The translations under genes and the position numbers were made by a program. Under the pieces are notes generated by a model. That model did not search any database, was not told the origin of the DNA, and saw only the letters and a program-made list of their open reading frames with translations. A stretch of 64,000 bases of DNA from Priapulus caudatus (lineage: Eukaryota). The DNA is taken from assembly GCF_000485595.1 (NCBI RefSeq), contig NW_014577076.1:471674-535673 (forward strand), read 5' to 3'. Below are positions 14,124 through 28,000 of this stretch, piece by piece. How positions within the stretch are numbered: the first letter of the stretch is position 1; every line of letters starts with the position of its first letter.

Positions 14124-14866
14124 AAAACGTTAAAATACAACTAGTTTTTGTAACCAAATATGTCTAAACTCGAGGCTTCTGCCTTTTATTGATTATGTTA
14201 ATAGTAATTAATTAGTTGATAAGAAACTATACCTTATAATTATTCACGACTTTGTAATGGAAACAATTACAAGTTTAATACAGAATAAATGCTCCTCAGA
14301 ACCATGTAGGGTGTGATTGATATCTCAGATTAATATATAAGGCGATGGGTTATAAGTACACGCACCACAACTCTTTTGACAGGGAAACCTGTAACATTGC
14401 CTCGTGTAAACAAATGGCTAGCTCTGGCACTTGCAGCATGCAAACTCACTACGATAGACTACAACCAGACTAAGAGTAACGCCCCTTCTCGCAGCTGTTG
14501 TACCCACGCTATAAATATCTAGCACGCAGACCGTCTTGGAAAAAAACATTATTTTTAGGGCAAACAGCTAGGCGCCCATACTTAGCCGTGTCAATCTATA
14601 ACCTTGTAGACAGTAGGTAATTATCCAACACAAACAAACAAGCAAACAAACGGGAAAAAAGATCGAGACCCGCATATAAACGCACACGTTACTATATGCA
14701 CTTCGCGAGTGGGATTTAAAAGTGCTAATCGAAGTAGCTTGATCTTTAAATGCAAACGTAAAATGTCGGCTAGCATGTTTTGAATGAAATTCCTAAAAAC
14801 TATCTACTGAAACATGGGAACCGTGTAACAAGATAAATTGACTAAGCCTATGACTTACAAATAGGA

Positions 14867-15036
14867 GTGTATTTACATATTAACATGTTTACGTAATGAG
14901 TGCAGGTATGCTGTCAACGTGGGAGCGAGGCACACCGGTGTGTGTATTTACGTATTAACATGTTTACGTAATGAGTGCAGGTATGCTGTCAACGTGCGAG
15001 CGAGGCACACCGGTGTGTGTATTTACATATTAACAT
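14867..15036. repeat. 75-bp tandem repeat, ~2.3 copies
   Basis: GTGTATTTAC(A/G)TATTAACAT at 14867, 14942 and 15017. Confidence 0.9.
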
Positions 15037-18000
15037 ACATTAAAATTAACATACAATTAGGGTTGAATAAAAAATGGTTTTACTCGCGCGCGCGCACGCG
15101 CCCCCCTTGTGTACATTAAAATGTCACTATAACATTCAAGTCACAAGCAATTCACTAATCTACCTACCCGTGTTTAAATGAATCCATTGCATCCTACATT
15201 GACAGAACATATGTAGGATATGCCAAAAGACTACTGCATGCATGTACCTTGTACAGGTATATGATAGCACGCACCAGAGAAACTGACTCATAGCTAGATC
15301 AATTGCGAAAATATATGCTCAGCGAGCAAAAACAACAAAAACATTGCAAAGCAAATAAACCGCTAATAACAGAAAGTGAACAATTTTAAAGAAAATAATG
15401 ATTCTTATCACTTTCGCTTGAAATAACGATGGACATTGAAATATAAGCACTACAATAAAGAAGCTAGGAATAAGCTACCATGCAGCACCTATCACCAACA
15501 ACGGCGAACCAGGCACAAAGAATTTACGTGACAGAATCTACATTTGATGTAACGACAGTGTAATACATTGTATTACAACTTGTAATACATTGTATTACAA
15601 CTACATTATAATAACAACACCGCGTATGATTCCACGAAGTCAGGACGTCGATTAAACCCACACTACTCTCCCCACCATTAGCTTTAATCCAGACAAGTGA
15701 GTGTTTTATAGTATTGAAAATAAAGCCAGGAGAATAAGTAGCATGCTCGTACTAGGCCTACATGAAAGGAAATCGCTACTCAAAAACCTCATCTAGACGG
15801 GGTGTCAGTTAATATCGCTATAAGCTCGCTGAATTCGCGCTAGCAACAGCTGCCATGCACACATCTCCCTGAAAATAAGGTGCAACATATACAAAACGCC
15901 GTTTAAAACTCGATCTGTAAGAAATATTTTCGAGAGAAAAAGGCGAGTGTAAACGTACGTAATCCCGAGAAACCTTTTGGTGCCTGTTATAAGTACAAGA
16001 CTATAGTACAAACGCACTATAGCCGTAAATAATTAACTATTGCAATATATTATAATGACAACGACGTGCATCAGCTCGGTGGCGCAATTTGAGAAGAGAG
16101 GCGCCACTAAAAAGATTATCTGAGAACATACTTAAGCGAAAATTTGTGGCGAGATGTTTTTTTATTTCTGGCTCTCACGGACTAACTTATTTGCTCTAGC
16201 TCTACGGATGGTAAAATTAGCATCAGCTTAGTCGTAATTTCGCAGCGCTGTAGACGTATATAACATCCCCGTAATAGCAACAGCGCACGATGTGTTTGGA
16301 TATAATTTACCCTAGTCACGCCTCCGACATAAACGATCACGAGATTCACAGGATTCGTATATATCCTAACGAGGTTACATTTATTGGACTTTGGGGGGGG
16401 GGGAATTTTGGGAAACTGGAAAATTTTCAGGCTGTCATTCAGTTTGAAATTAAAAGGAAAGAAATGCACGTGAATAATTGAGTTTCAACCGAGGTTCTTA
16501 ACTGCATGGTCGCGTGGGTAATATATGAAAGGGAAAACGCTAGAACAGAGTATATAACTAGACATAATGGTAAAGTGACGATTAAATTAGATCTGAAAAT
16601 ATGAAATCACGTTTCCGAATTCAATTTTAATTTAATATTAATTCATAAAAGTCCGGGTCGTATCTATTACTTCATATTCGTCCAAATAACTTTCTTAGGT
16701 CCTTATGCACATAATACTCATATAAAAGAGACTACGAGGGGAGGCGATAAACCTCGATCCCTACAAATAATAAGCATCAAATATGTGGAGATGTGCATGG
16801 TAATGTAATCTGATTCAGTCAACACTGAATGGGCAAGATGTCAATATGAATCAAGGCAATAGTGCCATACAACCCGCAAGATACCCTGAACTTTAAATTT
16901 GTGAAATGTACGCACTATCGTTACATGACACATGTACAACTGTCATGCATGTGAACGAGTAACCTCTAGATATGCCTCAAAGAACAGGCAGTAAGATTCA
17001 GCATTGTATGCTGGGCGGGACCCACTACATCTGTTACGCGTGGATACACGCAAAGAAACCCTAATCGCATGCAATAAATTGTTTAAGATGATGACTTATA
17101 TGTGTGAGTACATAAACTGCTGCACATAACTCAGCCTGTGCAATAATAACAATGCCTGTCGCACAAAACTCGGCTGACGATTTTCTGTACAAATCAGACT
17201 ATAATGGCATCATAAAAACGGTAGAAACGAATGCCGATTTTTGTGGTGGCTGAATAAATGTTCGCAAGTTTCCGAACGCTAAATAACTGTTCTTTTACAG
17301 AGAGCTTGAGTACTGGTTGCCATGGTAATCCAAAGTACAAATTCTGGTGCAATAATATTGCAAGGACATTAGCCACATTACACGTCAGAAACTAATATAC
17401 AATATACACAATTTCATTAACAAAGACATACCGAAAATGTACTTTCCGTTTTGTTTGTTTTTTTAACACAACCGTGTTCATTTGTAATTGTTCTCTAAGT
17501 AAATAAACCACCATCTTTTGTATGAAGTGTCAAAAGTGTCGAGATAGTTCATCTTGAGTTATTTGTCTTTACGTTTACATGTAATGTCATGAAATGATAT
17601 TCCTTATATGAATTAATGGTATGAATCCTTATGATCCTTATTAATCTTATGAATCCTTATTTTATATGACAGATATTCCTTATTTTCCCATTATAATCCA
17701 ATAACCTACACAAGTATATAAAAATATGTTATTGAATTGGTTATTTCAGTGTCAACAAATCACAGATAGCTATCAGATTCAGCATGAGTTAATAATTTAC
17801 AGAACCCTATATATATTCCTCAACCAGAACTTCTACGAATGGCCCATACCAAGTTCTTGCTATTCTGTAGACTAATTACTGAAACACAGTGACCAGGCCT
17901 ATATGCCTCTACGAAATTATTTACATGAGAATGGCAAATATTTATACCGAGCGAAAACACTCGACAACTTCTCAGCACTTGACAATTTTAAATGTCTAAA

Positions 18001-18504
18001 ACAAAACAACTATATACTTAGATTATACAGCTCTGCATAGCACTGCAACACGTGCATTTAGTAGCCGATATCACCGAGGTAACATGCACTAGCTGAAACT
18101 GATGTGAACATGACCTGAAGTATATCCACCCTACGATACATGTTCCACAGACATTATCACCAATTAAATGCGGCCTAGCTGAAAATCATCTAACCCAAGA
18201 CGGCCGGCTCAATTCGATTCACATCCCTAGCCTAAAATGTGCGGCCAACACTTATGCTCGAATGCACGCTGTTTCTGCCTCTGTCGACTATTCTGCCTTC
18301 CATTCTAAATATTATTGAAAGAGTTATAATAGCATGCTGGGCAAATGCTAGCTGCATGGTCACTTCCCAGTGTAAATGCAACACAGTGAACACACACATC
18401 CGAGTCAACTTCAAATTAAAAATCACAGTGTAACTAAAGCATTATAGTCTGAAGAACTGCATGCATGTCTAGAGGTGCACAACGTGGTTAGTCAAAACTA
18501 GTAT

Positions 18505-18750
18505 AGTATATTATATTATATATATATATATATAATATATATTATATATATTATATATATAATATAACATATATATATATTATACATTATATACATTATA
18601 CATTGTTAACACATAATATGTAAATGTATATAACATTGTAATTAATTACATAATTACATTATACATTATATACATTATATATATAAATTATATATATATA
18701 CATATAACATATAATATATATATAATTATATATATAATATATATTATATT
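18505..18750. repeat. Degenerate AT-rich (TA)n low-complexity tract
   Basis: Direct reading. Confidence 0.9.
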
Positions 18751-21700
18751 TTCGCAGGGATATACCTTTGACCAACATGAACAAGTTTATGCAATAAGTG
18801 AAACCAGAATATCACTAAACTTCATGAACTGCAGCCTATATACGACAACGACTGTACTAACCATGCAGGTAATGGCTATATGGGACATAATCTGATTTCT
18901 ACCGTGAACTGTGACATTCAAGCGCGTGTGAAATTTGATATGACCGGGTGAGTGTGGTCACCTGTACAACTACAGGCAAGCTCAATCCAGAAAATTGGTA
19001 CTAGGAAAGACCATCACATTTCACTACAATCTGTAGCCTATGCTCACACCAGACAAAATACCCGATGTCATGCAGTTTTACTAAAATCTTTATATATAGC
19101 CTATGCGGCCAAACGACATAAACTGTACTAATTGTCAAAGAAAACAACCACGCCAATCAGCCATCAATCAGCTGTTGATAAACAGGTTTTCTGACCTAGC
19201 TCTGATCGCGACCCTCAACAATGCAAAATGCGTACATTACAGAAAGTCCTAGATTGCTTTTAGTCACGCATTCCATTAAATTTTGACTTTCTTGTCCTTT
19301 CTTGTCCTGATCTAGCTAACATTTGCAAACTGCTGCTGCACAGCTGATAGCGGTTATTCCAGTGACATTTACTTTGGTCTGAAGACAAATTGTTGCCCAA
19401 CTGAAAGCACCAAGATTTGTCTTTTTTTTATTTCACAAGTCCGACACATTGTGACGCGTAGAAGTGATTTATTATATTTCATTACTTGATGATATCATTA
19501 ATAGTTATACTACGACAGAACTACAATTTGCAATGCCCACCCAAACTGCACTATGCAAAAGTAAAGCGTTTGCTCCAAGTTTAATTGTTTATAATGAACT
19601 TGAAAACACACGTTTAATAATGTGTACTGGGATGTGTTTCATTCAGCAGGATAGTGCATGCCGCAAAAACAGCCGTTTTATTCCGTATTTTTCAATTACC
19701 CGCTCAAGCCGTTTATTATATATAATAGCTGCTGCGGCCGTTTATCAAAGGAGGCTGTTAAGAGAAGACATACCACAGACTGACGCGAGCAAACCACCCA
19801 GCAAACACTATAATAGCACGCGCGCGCGTAAGCGGCATTTCTCTGCCAGTGTGGAATTAGTTCATCTAACCGCCGGTAATCACGAGATGATTGATCTCAG
19901 CGACTACTTAGCAAACATGTAACCGTGAGGCCATGGAAAACTTTACAATAAACGACCGTTAGTGCCTTTGTGAAAACTTGATGACCAATGAACAATGATA
20001 AACACACTACGAACGCCATAAGAGTGGCTTAATTATGAACGTATAAATTGAAATCCTGTCGCAGTAAATTACAACCACCGATAATAATGCCTTTTCCACC
20101 CGCCACTGAAAATTATATGTGAAATGAGCACTTTAAACTAATCGCCCATAAATGCGCAAACCATTCGATCAACTGCCGGCATTCCAGAAGACGTAATGTG
20201 AGGCTCTCGTCTGCAGCGGACAATATCAACATGCATTCTAACTATACCACCAACGAAGTCCTTTCGCAAATGCTACGGTTATGATGCAAGCAGATGCGTC
20301 GCCGCCTAGCTTGTCAATAAGAGACGCTAATGAGGCCACAAATAAACCTGCGCAACAAACCCGCCAGAATTCTTCATGCCACAATATTAGCAAATTCACG
20401 ATGCTTCACATTTACACCGAGCCACAGCCACCAGTCATTGACCGGGTTCAATATTACTTCGTGATCAACAAGATCGAGACAACGTATTAATTCAAACCAA
20501 GTATTTCGGTATACTTATACCTACCGTGCGCAGTGAATACCAACAGCTTACGGCCGAAATTGGCCCGGGTTAAGACTATATGCTGTCAATTTGGTCACAC
20601 ACCGTTTATAGACGCGTAACTGCCCATACTTGCATGTTCAAGTTTATGAACGTTATTATGAGACTGGATAGATAGAGAAAGAAGGGCGTGTTTTCCCCCC
20701 GATTCTCATACATCTACTAGTTTGTTAGTTTATTATCAATGGCCATCCACTTGCGCTCCATAAGGGCTTAGTCACTGAAAACAAAGGATTGTGGACGGAG
20801 GCAATTCACGGCCTCTGCAGAGGCAGTGTGAACAAGTATGCAACAACGAAACGTACGTCAGTCGATTCACACAGCTTTATCTGGGAGTGATATCCTCAGG
20901 GAGTGAGATCAGCATGATACATTCTCGATTACACTGTACGAATGAGGCAACCCAAAAATATCAAACCGAAACATTAGAGACAACTAAATACGAATAATCG
21001 ACAAGATTGAAATAGGAACGCTTCCATAAAAACACAATCAGGGATTATTACACTGCATAATATATGTTGTGAGACATCGTTTGTTGTAGAGTGAGAAAAA
21101 CAAGCAAGTAGATAACAGTTAAGGCCTTATATTCAATCAGCGATATCACATCATACAAAGTGCTGTAGGCGATTCAACTACGGTGTGTAAATATGTAGAC
21201 AAATCAAGAAAATATAGATTATAATAGGTGATCCTATGACATCTTTTATCTGGTTATGAAATGCAGTACAGGTTTTTAATAACCGTGCATTGCCAAGCTA
21301 AACTACCTTTACTAAAATTTGCTTCACATCATTATATCCCACACACACGCGCGATCACAATTCGTCATTGTCAATAATTGTGCATTTGTGATTCGTGCAA
21401 TTCAGTAATGAACAGGAAAACGTGAAGTACGCTTTTACGTACAAAGCATCTCTCGTCATTATATCGCACGTCATACAGAATATTTTATCCCCCCCCCCAT
21501 TTGTTAATAAACTTTCTTTAGCTGAGTGCAAAGGATTTTAAAAACTACACTTGCAAAATGCATAACCTGTTCCCATGTCTCGTGCATTATAGAAAGTCGC
21601 CGAATAAACGTCGTGTTCGCAAATGCTATAGTCGTAACGTACGAACGTGATCACCGTTTACGAGCACTTAATCTTCATCGCTGGCTCGTTACTTGCTACC

Positions 21701-22360
21701 CGCAGCCACTAATTTGGTAATCAGATCATTCAAGTGGAGCGAGTCAAACATACAGGGGCACTGGTCATGTGCCACCGCTGCGTTCATCACTTATAATTAC
21801 TTTTAGAAAACCAATTACCATCAAAATCCATCGCATTAAAGGGTTTACACGGTAAAATAAGTTAGCAGCATGCAGCCAATGGCTGCACCGATCCCTAAAT
21901 CTAGGTGAACGTACCACTCCAAGTCGGTTCTATGAACAGCTTACTCCTAACAAAAGGTGACTTAAAGTGATTACGTCACCGTAAATAATAATTAAAAAAA
22001 ATATTTCCACTTTTTCACAAAATATAAGTAATTCTGTTCACTTTTTATGGTTAAATTGCTGCATTATACTTCCTATTTTACTATATTGTTCGATGTGAAT
22101 ATACACTCGTGACTCATGCATAGCCCACAGCAAGCAATTATAATGTCAGGAACATAAATTCAAATCGTCCAGGTTTTTTGTATTTTTAACTAGTTGAGAA
22201 ACAATCTTATCAGGTAAGAATTTGACGATACGGGTATAGTCCCGTTATATAGTTCTTACTTTTAATGTAAACAAAATCCTTTTTTTTTAACAAATTTTAC
22301 CATAGAAAATTCGTGGGACGTAGTCAATTTAAACCCCTGTACGTCGTCTACTTCACTTAC

Positions 22361-22427
22361 CTTTGATGATCCTTCACCTCCAGCACTTTACCAAAGGTGC
22401 CTTCTCCAAGGGTGCCATTGATTTCAT
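22361..22427 (-). CDS. CLK2/Doa: CLK/Doa coding exon 4 (kinase subdomain I, Gly-rich loop)
   Basis: Acceptor ttctattccag, 67 nt, phase 1 to 2. Encodes (Y)EINGTLGEGTFGKVLEVKDHQ. Donor AAG|GTAAGT. Too short to appear in the ORF track. Confidence 0.95.
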
Positions 22428-23680
22428 CTGGAATAGAAGCCAGCAAACAAATTGGTTCTTGCTCACTGTGGCCTACCCTGTGTTCAAAAACACGCCCTCG
22501 CGTTCCCTCTGGCAGGAACGAGGAGGGGAAAAGGGTAGACTTTTACCAAGGGTTCCCTTAGTCAGGCGGCAATCCACTAGCGAGGAAAACAGGAATTGCA
22601 ATGTGGCCATAATCATAAAGGAGATTGAAAAAATCCACTTGACCTTTAGTAAAGAAACAAATCGGAAATCTCGAGATCAACTTAAAATGACCTTTTCACT
22701 AGGAATTTTCCTATAGCTTGTTTTACCTTTTTTTATTCTCTCTACTATGATTGATGCAATGGGAAAATGTATTACTGTATAAACTCATAAAATAGGTATT
22801 GTGTTATTTATTACTACAAATATATTACACGAAAATGATCAGCTAGCTCAGATAGATTCAGATAGCTTGAACACTAACATATTAGAGATTGTGAAGTTGC
22901 TTGCGAGACGACGAAAGGTCAACGAAATTTACTGAGATACGATGTAGTCGCGCAGTTTTCCCTGTATAAATTTTGGTAACCTCCTCAGGTTACTTTCATG
23001 AGAGATAAATGTCTTCCAACTACGTGAAAAAAGATTCTAGTTTCAGTGTCCAATATGCATTACGCGGAGCATGGGACTAGCGAGGATTGCCAGCATGACC
23101 TTAGAGAGAGCAGACAAAGGAGAATCATAAGTTGCAAAACAAAATATCATTGATTCAATCTCGCATCGGTCTTGGGAAAAAATGTTGTTCTTTTGCGGAG
23201 GTGTAATTCGAAAAATCAACCCCAGCAATTAGAGACAGAGTAAATTGTTGTTCCACGCTGCCCGCGTATGGTGACGGCATGGCGCGCAAGCAGAGCCTGC
23301 GCGGGGGAGCACATAGCGTCTGTGCTGCGTCATAACACAAGCGCACACACATGAAAACTCTTATACTATCACACACGACCAGCCATGACTAAATCACCAC
23401 ACCGCTATGACTCCCCAAGTAAGTCTCGCTCTCTCTTCGTCAACATTACGCCATCAAACGGAAAGCAAAAGTCTTCTTCATCAAATAATTATTGCTGAAA
23501 CAAAATCCTGTCAAGGCGCCGGGCACACATCGGGTCAACTATATACGGGACGTTGTAAGGAAACTCTATTAGGAATTGTTGTCCCCTGGACGAGACCAGA
23601 GCCTGGCGACCTCCCCACGTCACTTTAACGAACGAGTGCATAACATAGTTAACGTTACGAGTACTGTGAATGGTAGGTAC

Positions 23681-23777
23681 ATCTAGCTTGCAGCCAATCG
23701 CCAGGTCGATAGATCAGGTGACCCTCTTCGTCATCTTCTACACTTGGTTCTCCAGGACTTGAGCTGGTGCGGCGACT
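23681..23777 (-). CDS. CLK2/Doa: CLK/Doa coding exon 3, equivalent to vertebrate CLK cassette exon 4
   Basis: 97 nt, phase 0 to 1. Encodes SRRTSSSPGEPSVEDDEEGHLIYRPGDWLQAR(Y), the CLK pre-kinase signature. Weak acceptor (accaccgcacag) and weak donor GAT|GTACCT. Confidence 0.9.
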
Positions 23778-23779
23778 CT

Positions 23780-25040
23780 GTGCGGTGGTCAACACATCCT
23801 CGTCAGTGTCCGAGCATGGCCAGTAACCAAGGCAGGAGAGCAGGCGGCGATAGCCAAGTGGACACGACACGATGGCGGCGATGTTGGCGACGACGGAGCA
23901 GCACGTGGTCAATGTGAAGATCATCAAACGTGCGTGCGTTCGTTCGTTACAGCAGCGTGTTTCGACGGACCAATCCCGGTGTTTAACATACGATAGAGCA
24001 GAGGGAAGGCAAGGCCAGTCAAGATACAGTCAACACTGGATGGCACACACGTGCAGCTCCCGGGACGCTGGCGCGGCAGGAATGGCTGCCTGCATCGCAA
24101 CTGGTGTGCGCGTTTAAGGTGCACGGCTAACCCGTGATACTGAAAGCCTACACTGTTTAGATCGGACCCCCAAGCCCCACGCAGATGTGAACCCGCCCGG
24201 GATCGCGCACATACGTACTGTAGACTGAGGTTAGCTGCAAACAGCCCGCCTGTCAGCAGCAGCTCTGACAGGGATGCTGCAAGGAGGCTGCAGGCGTGCC
24301 CGCGCACCAAGTGATACAGATACTGCCCTGCACTCGTCTCTTACTGCGTATATATTTAGCAAGCGAACATCTGGACGCGAGCTCTTCTCGGTATATACCT
24401 ACTATCAGCGCATCGCTCTTCTAGCTCGCGTGCGCCTCAGCGACTTTCTGCAGAATCGGGCAAATTACGATCTGCATGCTTCCCTCAGTTTTATCAGCTT
24501 GCCGGAGGGGCAGGAATCTGCGTCCGCTTCATTATACGGGCCGTCGTTTTATCTGCTGCCCTGCGGCAAGCAATCGCTGCGAGCCGCGTAGCCGAAACAC
24601 GCGCGCAATACAGCTAATATCATTGACCAAACAATTTATTTTCAGATTTACGTGCGAAACTGCGAAGCCAACACGCGACGAGCGAAACACTATTTACATA
24701 GTAGCTACATGGATGCGAGCTCGGCGCGAATCGCTCGCGTCTAAGCGGTCACAGCGTAACTACTACAAACACGCCGACACCACTGAACTGAAACACGCCG
24801 CGTGGGCAATCTAAAATTGGGCACGCACGGACACGGTGAAATTTTCGTTTTATTCTTCCTAACCTGCTGTTAAACGAGCGAGAAGCCGGACCGCTAGCCA
24901 GCCACAAGGAACGTCAATATTTAACAACTCTGCTCGCAGCGCGCGTTTCGCTTGCCTGTCGCCTCAGCTCCCGAGAAGAGTGCGATAGATCACCTGCCAA
25001 TATATGTTGTGCGATCGCAGATCGAGGCAACTGCCGCGGA
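23780..25040 (-). promoter_or_regulatory. CpG-rich region immediately upstream of the 97-nt exon; possible proximal promoter or splicing-regulatory region
   Basis: Elevated CpG and GC over ~1.2 kb next to a weak acceptor, with an in-frame ATG at 23924. Confidence 0.3.
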
Positions 25041-28000
25041 CACTAGATTTCTACATCAGCCGCTATATCGACAGATTTTATTTCATAGTCGTTTCATTTA
25101 CGACTGTAAACAGAGAATGGCAGCCAATCTGCCTTACAAGGTTGACGTACGTACCATTCTAAGATTGATAGTTAGTTTCAAAGAGGCTGCATAGATCGAA
25201 ACCTGCAACTCTTGTAAGGTATGAGGAGCATAACTAACACTTCAAAAGGTCTCTTCGGATTATCATTCACTCGGTTAATTTTACATTAATTAGCGGTTTT
25301 ACTTCGCACATAGTAGATAATGATATGGGGCTATTTTTGATTATATCACTTTACAGCACACGTGTATATAGGAACATGCAATTTAATGTATGTTACCATG
25401 GGTAATACGGATAACTATATATAACCTGGTTGATATTTATAGTAGTTATCTCACAAAATTTCCACGATACATTGGGAGGTGTGTGCGTACACGTACGTAT
25501 GCGCGCGCGCGTGTGTGCGTGTGTGTGAGCGGGGGTCTTCTAAGTTTAAACACTACCTTCTAAAAATAAAGTGAATAAATTACAATGATATCAGGATCTA
25601 TATCTAGAAGCTAGTATTTAAACTGATCACACATAGAAGATCAGGAGAAGTCAACTACAACATGCATTTTTCATTTTAAAAATAGAATCATTTTTGGAGT
25701 ATATATATAAATTATTCATTATAATGATTACAATTAAACAATTTTAGGACTTGAGCTAGCTCTATGCCTTATAAGCTCATCATTTATATAATCGAGTTAC
25801 CATAGAGAAATGGCTTGCAATTTATTTTGCAGTGTGTATTTGCTGCTAATGACCTAGTGGTGGTGTTTTTTTAATATATCGCTGCAAGGACAGTTTGGGA
25901 TGTTTTCTCTTAAATATATTTCTATGAATTTCATGCATGTGAAGCATGCTTTATCATTTGGTATTCAATGCATTTAGGTAATAGGGACATGCCTGGGAGG
26001 ACACTGTGACGCGGCAACATTAAGATGCAAACTACGACAGCCATTCCTGCAATCCAATCGTCCCTGAAAGCTGCAAAAATGTGCCATTTTGTATTAAACT
26101 TAAAATAAGAATGTTACAAACCTCTATACTGCAATCTCAACAAAACAATAGCATTATCATGGTCCTATTATGAATGTAATTTTAACTACATTAAATTTTA
26201 CATCAAAGTTAATATTTCAGTTTCTTTTCGAAATACTGCTATAAAGGATATGAATTTACAGCTTGCAATTTCAAATAAAATGATACAACTTACCCATCAG
26301 TTTAACGATGGTCATTGACTTGTAGGTACCACACACCATATATATAAACACATAAACATGCAGAGAAAACAAAAAGAAATCCCACACAAGACACGTACAG
26401 CGAAGAGAGGGTAATGCATGCAGTGCAAATCTACATTTACTAAAACTCTAAAGGAAGGAGTGGCTTGGTGAGGATGTACAGACAGCTTCATTGTTAGATA
26501 CAAGTATTTGTTTTATATGGAAAGTTATAATTACTCGCGATTAAGTAAAATGTTTATTATATCTGCACTTTAATTCACTCCTGTAACGAGCTTTGCTCAA
26601 TGACACCTAGAGCTATAAAGAAGCGATCAAAATGTCACAATGCTGGATAATGCTAGTCACCACAAACATTGGCAGAAGCTGAACACGAGGAAAACATCAT
26701 TCACGAGAGGGTATATTATCTCATCCGCCACGCATAGCGTACAGAACTCTATCATTTCGTGCTGCTGCATGCCTGTGACTTTCAACATTACTTTCAGTTA
26801 AACTGGGTTTTACGTTTATGCCACATTGCCTTGGATATAGTTTAGTGTTATGGATGGCAATATTGCTTGTGCTGCCTCTCGGCTGAAATTTATTTTCACC
26901 TACTGTGCACCGGAAGCTTTTAAATTATTTACGATGATAAATGATAGCAAGATTTCATCTTTCATTAATAGTTTCTGTTAACTCGGATATGGACTACGAA
27001 CTTCATATAAAAACGTTAACTGCCTTACATTAGCCTTCGTACAGTCACTCTACCTATACATATCACGTGAAGGTTACCGGGACTGCTGATGTTGGCGCTA
27101 CTGTTACGGCTACTGCTGCTACTGCTGCTGATGGCCTGCAGCCGCCGCTACCGCTACCGCTGACGCCACAGAATCACTGAACCAAATTTAATCAGTTTGA
27201 AGGCAGCCGAGACACATGGTGCATCTGGATGCAGTAAAAAAAGCTGGGTGCCAGCCCCGCACCACCCGCTCGCTGGTTGGGGATGTTTAATAAACTTAGC
27301 AGAATCGCTGCCAGAGTAAGAACGTGCTCTTCATTACGACTGCGAGTAACTTTCTGCGCCGACATATATCAGAATTCAATTATTGCTCAGACATGCAAGG
27401 CGAGTACTCCTACAAATCATACTAAAGAAACAGCCTGACTATACTGTAATGCCGGCATTATGTACTGTTTTCATTTAGTGTGTCCAACACGCGACGATAA
27501 CTTAAACTACAAACTGCAAGAATGCATTTTGTTATTGTCTTCTGAAATTACAAAATATCACTATGGCATTTATGTGGTGTACGTGTTCTCCAATGATTAC
27601 CCCAAAATGTTTAAAAGACCGATTGAGTTCGATGAGGAAACTTCTATGAAGGCTTCCTGTCAATAGTCTGCAAACACCTCAGTGTCTATAATGACACTGT
27701 GAAATGTTCGGTTTAGAAGCGTCCCGTCTAGCCTCAAACGAGCTGTTAAAAAGAATAATGGCCTGAAATCATGTTTAACTGTTGCAGATGCTTTTCCTTT
27801 TGCAAAATCAACTGCTGAACTCATTCAACTTTTCTCTCCAACCACAGCCTGCTGTCCTGATAGTACAATGCGAAGGCAGAGCAATTAGATTCTATAGGTG
27901 AAGCATGATTGCCGGGAGAGCCTATACACGCATTGGCAAGACATTGAGATATGCATACAGGAAAGGAGTATTGGCGATCTCGGTCGAAACTCTTGACCGT

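Noticed and set aside
27078..27135. Ser-rich 58-nt possible exon (AISSSSSSSRNSSANISSP) on the minus strand
   Set aside because: Trinucleotide low complexity, no pyrimidine tract and a weak donor (GTAACC).
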